Shown here one piece after another: positions 4,186 through 9,696 of a stretch of 9,696 nucleotides of DNA. Position 1 is the first letter of the stretch. Every line of letters begins with the position of its first letter. Position numbers and translations under genes: made by a program. Source of the stretch: Thecamonas trahens ATCC 50062 (Eukaryota > Protista > Apusomonadida); contig NW_013657587.1 of NCBI RefSeq assembly GCF_000142905.1, positions 1 through 9,696 of the forward strand. Direction: 5' to 3'. The notes under the pieces are model-generated. The model worked only from the letters and a program-made list of their open reading frames with translations. It did no database searches and was not told the DNA's origin.

Positions 4186-6132
4186 GGTGTCTGCGGCAAC
4201 GGCGTGGTCGAGGCAGGCGAAGAGTGCGATGGCGGCATGTGCTGCAATGCGACATGCTACTTCCGCCCGGCGACGTTTGTGTGCCGGGCGGCAGGCGGGC
4301 AGTGTGATTCGGCCGAGACTTGCACCGGTGCATCGTCAGCTTGCCCGGCAAACGGCTTCCTCCCGCTCAACACACCGTGCGACGACGGCGACGCGTGCAC
4401 GGTCGGCGACGTGTGCTCTGGTACGGATGATACCTGTGCTGGCGTGCCCGGCTGCGCTGCCGGGCCTTGTTCTGGACAAGGAACCTGCTGTGCTGCAGTA
4501 TGCACCTGCAACTTTCCCTACATCAAGACACCAGCGCTCAGCGACTGCATCCTCCGCAATGCACGGGTCATTGCCCGTCCTGTCGATCCCAACGAGGATG
4601 TGGTGGAGACCGACACGGTCAGAGCCGGTGAGTCGCTCTTCTTTGCCGTTGTTCCGCGGACAACAACAACGACCGAGTCGATCACTGTCACAGTCATCCC
4701 CAACAATGGCGCTGTCCGAGCGTACGCCGCACCCGAGTCGATCACCCGCACTCCGTCAGCCGCTGACGCCACCGTCTCATCAATCGAGCCGGGCCTCCGC
4801 CAGAGGCAGGAGCTTGTACTCTCGCTGAGTGCTGACCGGTTTATCATCGGTGTCGCCTCTGACACTACCACCACCTTTGACGTCTCGGTCGCGTTCACCA
4901 TCGGCTCGTCCGGTCAGGTCCGGCGGCCTGCGCCCGGCGCATCGGTCCCTGGCGCTGGCGGCAGCTCGAGCTCCGGAGGCAACGGTGGAGTCATTGCAGC
5001 GGCGATTCTCGTCCCGCTCATCATTATCGCTGCTGCTGCTGCCGGCGCCGCGTTCTGGTATCGTCGCCGCGAGGCAAGCCCCAAGTCCTCGACCTGGGAC
5101 GCCACCTTTGCCGGAACAGCGTATGAGGCTGACACAACGGCAGGTACATACCCGGGCGACGCCGCGGCGCCAACCAACGGGCAGGTTCCTCTTGCCACGA
5201 TGGGTGCAACGCCGGGTGTGGTGTATGTCAGCGATCTGTCGGCCTACGACCACTACGCCACCGCCGAGTACGATCGCGCGCCCGAGGACAACGATGAGCT
5301 TGCGTTGACCGAAGGCAAGCTGATGTGTGTGGTGGAAGAGTATCCTGACGGTTGGGGCCTCGGGTTCTTCCCGACCCCGCCGTTTACTCCGGGTGCGTTC
5401 CCGCTCAACCACGTGGCGCGGATCCGAGCGACGGTCCTCAAGCCTCACGTGCCCGGGGCGCTTGGGACAAGTGATGAGATCGCTCTTGCTGCTGACGACG
5501 CAAACGTGTACCTCGTGCGAGACGACGCCGATGGAACATCCCTTGTCTGCCACATCGATGGCAGCGGGGCGCCGGTCGACGTCGGGCGAGTGCCGTCCGA
5601 GTGCGTTACGATTGTGGGCCGGCCGATGCTGGGCACCAAGCCGGCGGCCAGGCCGGCGGTCCCGCCAATGCCTGCCGGTGGGCCAGCGTCGATCCGGTCT
5701 GCGCGGCGCGGCTCACGGACGGTCCAGGACTTTGACGTTCAAGACCGTAAGGCCAAGGTCCCGCCGCCGTGGGTCAAGCGGCGCAACTCGGGCATTGCGC
5801 ATCCAAACCGTCGCTCGGGTGCGTTTTCTGCTGCCAACGTGGCCGCAGCAGGCAGCCCGCCGACGCCCGCGGCCAAGCCCGAACCGCGCTCTATCGCGGC
5901 CCGCAAGGTCGGCAACGCCGGCAAGCGGCAGTCGCGGGTCATTTCCGACTTTGACCTCTCGAGCCGCAAGCTGCCACCGGTGCCATCAGCCAAGACGCGT
6001 AAGCCGCTCTCGGTCCGGGCGCCACCGTCGACACCGGCAGTGCCTGCAGCCAAGCCGGCCGACCCGCCGCGAACAGGCGCGCTCGACTCGAGTGCAGATT
6101 CGGACTCGACCTCGGGCTGGGACTCGTCATGA
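4111..6132 (+). CDS. 5'-partial type-I membrane protein: Pro-rich stalk, disintegrin, Cys-rich repeat, EGF-like, beta-sandwich, TM, two SH3 domains and a Pro/basic tail
   Basis: Protein-like translation runs from 4111 to TGA at 6130-6132. The true start and signal peptide must lie in or near the gap. Key segments are CGNGVVEAGEECD...CRAAGGQCDSAETCTGASSACP, CSGQGTC...CTC, the TM VIAAAILVPLIIIAAAAAGAAFWY followed by RRR, and the SH3 motifs DELALTEG...DGW...GAFPLNHV. Confidence 0.85.
   Translation, partial: PSPPPPPPSPPPPPSPPPSPPPPPPGVCGNGVVEAGEECDGGMCCNATCYFRPATFVCRAAGGQCDSAETCTGASSACPANGFLPLNTPCDDGDACTVGDVCSGTDDTCAGVPGCAAGPCSGQGTCCAAVCTCNFPYIKTPALSDCILRNARVIARPVDPNEDVVETDTVRAGESLFFAVVPRTTTTTESITVTVIPNNGAVRAYAAPESITRTPSAADATVSSIEPGLRQRQELVLSLSADRFIIGVASDTTTTFDVSVAFTIGSSGQVRRPAPGASVPGAGGSSSSGGNGGVIAAAILVPLIIIAAAAAGAAFWYRRREASPKSSTWDATFAGTAYEADTTAGTYPGDAAAPTNGQVPLATMGATPGVVYVSDLSAYDHYATAEYDRAPEDNDELALTEGKLMCVVEEYPDGWGLGFFPTPPFTPGAFPLNHVARIRATVLKPHVPGALGTSDEIALAADDANVYLVRDDADGTSLVCHIDGSGAPVDVGRVPSECVTIVGRPMLGTKPAARPAVPPMPAGGPASIRSARRGSRTVQDFDVQDRKAKVPPPWVKRRNSGIAHPNRRSGAFSAANVAAAGSPPTPAAKPEPRSIAARKVGNAGKRQSRVISDFDLSSRKLPPVPSAKTRKPLSVRAPPSTPAVPAAKPADPPRTGALDSSADSDSTSGWDSS
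4192..4359 (+). other. Shortened disintegrin-like domain
   Basis: An ADAM-type CGNGxxExGEECD start is followed by CCxxxCxF....CR....CD..ExCTGxSxxCP. Confidence 0.85.
4372..4548 (+). other. CDDGxxCTxxDxC Cys-rich repeat (4372-4449) and EGF-like domain (4453-4548)
   Basis: PCDDGDACTVGDVC resembles Dictyostelium CTDC-type repeats. CxxxxCSGQGTC...CTC...DC resembles the tenascin/EGF_2 pattern. Confidence 0.7.
4990..5061 (+). other. Single transmembrane helix
   Basis: There are 24 uncharged, mostly hydrophobic residues ending in FWY, followed by an RRR stop-transfer signal. Confidence 0.9.
5251..5616 (+). other. Tandem SH3 domains (5251-5424 recognisable; 5425-5616 degenerate)
   Basis: SH3-1: ATAEYD...DELALTEGKLMCVVEEYPDGWGLG...GAFPLNHV. 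SH3-2: ATVLKPH...DEIAL...VYLVRDDADGTSLV...GRVPSECV. Confidence 0.75.
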
Positions 6133-6135
6133 TTT

Positions 6136-9100
6136 TTATCTCATTGTTGCACCATAGCTGTCCGGAAGAGTACCGGGTTGGGTAAAGAGCAGCGACGACT
6201 CTTCGTTGACCGGGAGGTGAGCGGCGGAGGCAGCAGTTGCGCTCGGACCGGCCTCTGGATGTGGCGGCGAGAGGATGGTGTCACGCCAGGCGCGCCACGA
6301 GGCGTCGGGCAGGACGGCGATAGCCAGAACAACGACAACCGAGAGCCACCAGGCCGGCGAGCTCGAGACGGCGTACATGATCCAGTACATGTTGGACGGA
6401 GTGATTCCCGAAATGAGCGAGTAGACGTAGACGGTGCCAAAGTAGCCGCACAGGGTGAGGGCCATGGCGGCGGCGTTGAGAATGGTCCAGATGCGGGTGC
6501 CGATGGCGAGGCGGGCGTTGACAGCGAGGACAACATACGTGCAAACAGCGGTGCCAAAGGTCCAGAGGCCGTCGACTTGGCCATTGTCGGCGAGCACGCC
6601 GCGGCCGTAGATGGCGACACCGGCCCAAAACGCTGCAGCCGAGTGCCACACTGCCGACAGCATCCATCCGGTAAATGTGTAGCCGTTGAACCAGATGCCG
6701 CGCGGGAGCGGTTGGTAGGCTTCCGGATGGGCGAGGAGATAGTTGGCGGAGAGGTCGCGCTCGGTGAGCGAGAGGATCATGACGGGGAGGAATGTAAAGA
6801 TGATGTTGTAGAGGGTGAGGAGCCATGCGTCAAAGAGGGTCTGGCCGGAGAATCCGTTGTAGAGGGCATAGTAGGCCTGTGGGAGCGCAAAGGCGATGTT
6901 CTTGTAGAACGAGTACTGGATGAGCATAGAGAGGCGGAGGTAGGAGAAGCGGCCGTGAACAAGGAGGAGGCGGCGGAGGAAGCGGAACTGGCCCAGCGCG
7001 TAGTCTGCGGCGCGAGATGCCTGCATGCCCTCTTTGCCGACGAGGCCGATGCCGACGTGGGCCTCAAGGATCATGCCGACATCGTTGGCGCCGTCGCCGA
7101 TGGCGAGGGTAGTGGGTGGCGACGGCGAGTGCTCCTTGACTAGGCGGACAACGAGCGCCTTTTGCAGCGGCGAGACGCGGCAGCAGAGGACGGCCTCGGC
7201 CGAGGCGCAAAGCGCGAAGAACGCCGCAGCGTTGTGCGGCTCGAGCGCATAGTCGAGGGTCTTGCCGTCGACGACAACGCCGCGCGGGTGGTCACCTGAC
7301 CGCGACGCGACGGCGGCGTAGTGAGCGAGCAGCCCTGCAGTCTCATCGGCCGACGAGGCGTTAAGTCGGAAGGTCTGCATGTCCTGGGTGAGAAGGGCGG
7401 CCGAGTAGCCGATGTTGATGGCGGTCTCCTGCTTGTCGCCGGTGAGGACCCATACCTTGCAGCCTGCGGCGCGGAGGGCGGCGACGGTCTCGGGAACTTC
7501 ATCTTGGAGACGATCCTCAATGGCGGTGGCGCCGAGGAGAACAAGCTCACGCTCAAGCTCAAGCGCCGACGCTGCGACGTGGGCGGCGCGGTCGGCCATG
7601 GCGGCCTCGGCAGCGGCGTGGCGGGAGGACCACGCGGCATACCACTCGGGGTCGAGCTCGCGCGAAGCGACTAGAAGCGTCCGCAAGCCCATTGTTGACA
7701 TGGCAGTGACGTGCGAGTTGGTGGCGTCGAGGAGGCGCGCGTTGTTGGCGCTGTCGGCCAGGAGCGGAGTAAGGACCGAGTCTGCACCCTTGGTGTAGAC
7801 AACGATGCGGCCCGAGGGCTCGCGGACCACGGCCGACATGCGCTTTCGGTCCGAGTCAAACTCGATGACGTGCAACAGCTCGTAGACGGTAAGCCCGGCC
7901 ACGCCGGTCTTGTCGAGCGTGAGCGTCTCGGTATCTCGATCGACAAAGGAAATGCCCATGGCGGCGGCGCCGATGACGAGTGCGAGCTCGTCGGGCGAGG
8001 TTGCCTCGTAAGCTGGATCGGGCAGCTCGTCGACAGGCTCGCCCGGGTACACCGTGTGGCAGAGCGCACATGCGGTGAAGAAGTGTGCGACGAACGGTGG
8101 GAGGGCGTCCGGATCGAGGACGACAGCGTCGTCCGAAACGTTTGCAGCGGCGTCGCGCGGTGTAAGGAGGTAGTGGGTGCCGGCGACCGAGGCCTCGCGC
8201 ATGATCATCTCGTTCCTGGTCAGCGTCCCGGTCTTGTCGGAGAAGACGTGCTCGATCTGGCCGAGCTCCTCGAGCAGGTTCGACGTGTTGCACTTGCAGT
8301 GAGTGTCTGTGACTGGATCGTACATGCGGGCGTCGACCATGACCCAGAGCGAGCAGGCGAACTTGTGGAGCTCGACGGTAACATAGAGAGACATGGGGAT
8401 AAAGACGTTGAGGAGAATGAGAAAGGTGAGAAATGCAAAGCCGTAGTTGAGCAGGCCGGCCGAGCCCGAGGTGGCGTACTTGGAGAGCTGAAGGTAGCCG
8501 GCGCGATCGGCGAGGACCGAGTCGTTGTAGTAGCCCGAGACGCCAGCACAGACCAGGCAGATGACGAGGAGAACGGCGAGGATCCAGACAAGATATGAGT
8601 TGAGGGTGACTTCGACTCGTGAGCGTTTGGATGGCGGCGGTGAGAGGTTGAGGACGAGCTTGGTCTCGTCGCCGGTGTAGAGCACAAGCGCGAGTACGTA
8701 GTCGGTGTTCTTCAGCCGCGAGCCACGGAGGAGGAGGTTGTTGGCCGAGAGCGCATAGTTTGAGCCGCCGCGGGTGGTGAGGTAGCCCTCAAACTCGTAG
8801 AGAGAAGCTGTCGGCTCCTGGTAGTGGACAACAATGTCGAGGGAGTCGAGGATGGTATGCGGATCGTGGAGCGCGGCAGTGGCCGAGAGGCAGGTGCGCG
8901 GTTTGAGAGCCGACTCGCCGTCGAGGTTGGATGTCTCGACGTAGGCGGTCGATGCGCCGAGGCGTGGCTCGCCACTAGGGACGAGTGGCGGGAGGACAGA
9001 GCGCGGATTAGAGGTGGCGAGGACAAGGGCGTCGGCAGGGACGAGCTCGTTCTTGCGGAGGAAGAGAATGTCGCCGACAACGACGTCCTGTGCCTGGACA

Positions 9101-9621
9101 ATGCGAAAGGTTGATGCGCGGGTGACGATGGTGATTGGGCGGGCATTGACGCGGGCATCGTCCACAGCGCGGCGATAGTCCTCGTAGGCTTCTTTGAGAG
9201 CAGCGACAGCCAGAACAAAGACCAGCGGTGAGATGGAGGTGATGGGCGGAATAGGCGTGACGCCCGGAATGAGTGTGGCGATGCAAATGATGAGAAAGTA
9301 GAGATTAGCCAGGCGACGGAACTGCTCGTACAGGTTCTTGGGCAAGAACGACCACCATGTATACTTTGTTGTCCGCACAGCATTGCCTCCAGCCCCATTC
9401 CCACCTGTTCTCGGCGGCTTTGCCTCCTTCCGCCCTCCGATGGATGTGAATGGTCCCCGATGGCCCAAGCTAGCCGTCGGCCACTGGCTCGCCCTCTCGC
9501 CCACAAACCGCGACAGGGCCTCGCGCATCCCGTCCTCTCCCGGTGAGCATGACAGGCTTCGCGAGGGCAGCGGGTGTGACTCCAATGTCTCTACCCATGG
9601 CGAGTTGAGCTGGACAGTCAT
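6136..9621 (-). CDS. ATP11: P4-type ATPase (phospholipid flippase), ATP11-like
   Basis: Motifs: NxxxTTKY...PKNLYEQFRRLAN, LDGES (8911-8922), LLLRG, IPMSLYVTVE, EELGQ...SDKTGTLT (phospho-Asp 8236-8238), SPDE, FDSDRKRMS, KGAD, GLRTL, TGDKQETA, CRVSPLQK, IGDGANDV and FYKN. DGES, YVTVExxKF, LTLYNIxFTxLP and NGQxxGxWTFGT resemble the ATP11 subfamily from memory, so the subfamily call is less certain than the family call. The ATG at 9621 is in an ACCATG context; an alternative Met lies at about 9528. Confidence 0.95.
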   Translation of the reverse strand: MTVQLNSPWVETLESHPLPSRSLSCSPGEDGMREALSRFVGERASQWPTASLGHRGPFTSIGGRKEAKPPRTGGNGAGGNAVRTTKYTWWSFLPKNLYEQFRRLANLYFLIICIATLIPGVTPIPPITSISPLVFVLAVAALKEAYEDYRRAVDDARVNARPITIVTRASTFRIVQAQDVVVGDILFLRKNELVPADALVLATSNPRSVLPPLVPSGEPRLGASTAYVETSNLDGESALKPRTCLSATAALHDPHTILDSLDIVVHYQEPTASLYEFEGYLTTRGGSNYALSANNLLLRGSRLKNTDYVLALVLYTGDETKLVLNLSPPPSKRSRVEVTLNSYLVWILAVLLVICLVCAGVSGYYNDSVLADRAGYLQLSKYATSGSAGLLNYGFAFLTFLILLNVFIPMSLYVTVELHKFACSLWVMVDARMYDPVTDTHCKCNTSNLLEELGQIEHVFSDKTGTLTRNEMIMREASVAGTHYLLTPRDAAANVSDDAVVLDPDALPPFVAHFFTACALCHTVYPGEPVDELPDPAYEATSPDELALVIGAAAMGISFVDRDTETLTLDKTGVAGLTVYELLHVIEFDSDRKRMSAVVREPSGRIVVYTKGADSVLTPLLADSANNARLLDATNSHVTAMSTMGLRTLLVASRELDPEWYAAWSSRHAAAEAAMADRAAHVAASALELERELVLLGATAIEDRLQDEVPETVAALRAAGCKVWVLTGDKQETAINIGYSAALLTQDMQTFRLNASSADETAGLLAHYAAVASRSGDHPRGVVVDGKTLDYALEPHNAAAFFALCASAEAVLCCRVSPLQKALVVRLVKEHSPSPPTTLAIGDGANDVGMILEAHVGIGLVGKEGMQASRAADYALGQFRFLRRLLLVHGRFSYLRLSMLIQYSFYKNIAFALPQAYYALYNGFSGQTLFDAWLLTLYNIIFTFLPVMILSLTERDLSANYLLAHPEAYQPLPRGIWFNGYTFTGWMLSAVWHSAAAFWAGVAIYGRGVLADNGQVDGLWTFGTAVCTYVVLAVNARLAIGTRIWTILNAAAMALTLCGYFGTVYVYSLISGITPSNMYWIMYAVSSSPAWWLSVVVVLAIAVLPDASWRAWRDTILSPPHPEAGPSATAASAAHLPVNEESSLLFTQPGTLPDSYGATMR

Positions 9622-9633
9622 GGTACACTGAGT

Positions 9634-9690
9634 TGGGTGGTGTGTCTGTGGGGGGAAGGGGGGGGGGGGGGTGGTGGCATGTGCGGGGAG
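9634..9690 (-). promoter_or_regulatory. G-rich tract (C-rich on the sense strand) including G14, upstream of the flippase start
   Basis: G6-AA-G14 lies at 9650-9671, with G14 starting 37 nt upstream of the ATG. Confidence 0.3.
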
Positions 9691-9696
9691 GTCACG

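Noticed and set aside
3593-8598. Numerous long overlapping or antisense ORFs (e.g. 3593..4828, 5327..6157, 6178..7143, 7711..8598)
   Set aside because: These are expected shadow ORFs in high-GC coding DNA. They have no recognisable domains and overlap well-supported genes.
1-9696. Prokaryotic operon, mobile element or RNA gene
   Set aside because: All four proteins are eukaryote-type (P4-ATPase, RhoGAP, Tudor, disintegrin/SH3). I saw no transposase, terminal repeats, tRNA or rRNA signatures.

Overview
GC-rich, gene-dense eukaryotic genomic DNA with no introns evident and one assembly gap (139 N, 3871-4009). The style suggests a compact protist genome, such as an apusomonad like Thecamonas, but that is inference only. 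Four protein-coding genes lie in the order + - + -. (1) The 3' part of a Pro-rich protein with three copies of an unfamiliar acidic DxxG repeat and a C-terminal SMN-type Tudor domain (<3-800). (2) A ~943-aa signalling protein with a coiled coil, a degenerate Ras-like GTPase domain, a split PH domain and a RhoGAP domain (820-3651, minus). (3) A type-I membrane protein whose N-terminus is lost in the gap, with a Pro-rich stalk, shortened disintegrin, Cys-rich/EGF modules, a beta-sandwich, one TM helix, two cytoplasmic SH3 domains and a tail carrying SH3-ligand and RRxS motifs (<4111-6132). (4) An ATP11-like P4-ATPase lipid flippase (6136-9621, minus) with PISL changed to PMSL. The convergent gene pairs have only 19 bp and 3 bp between their stop codons. 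The most unusual elements are the architectures of genes 2 and 3, which are arranged head-to-head. All domain calls were made by eye from remembered family motifs; no searches were run.
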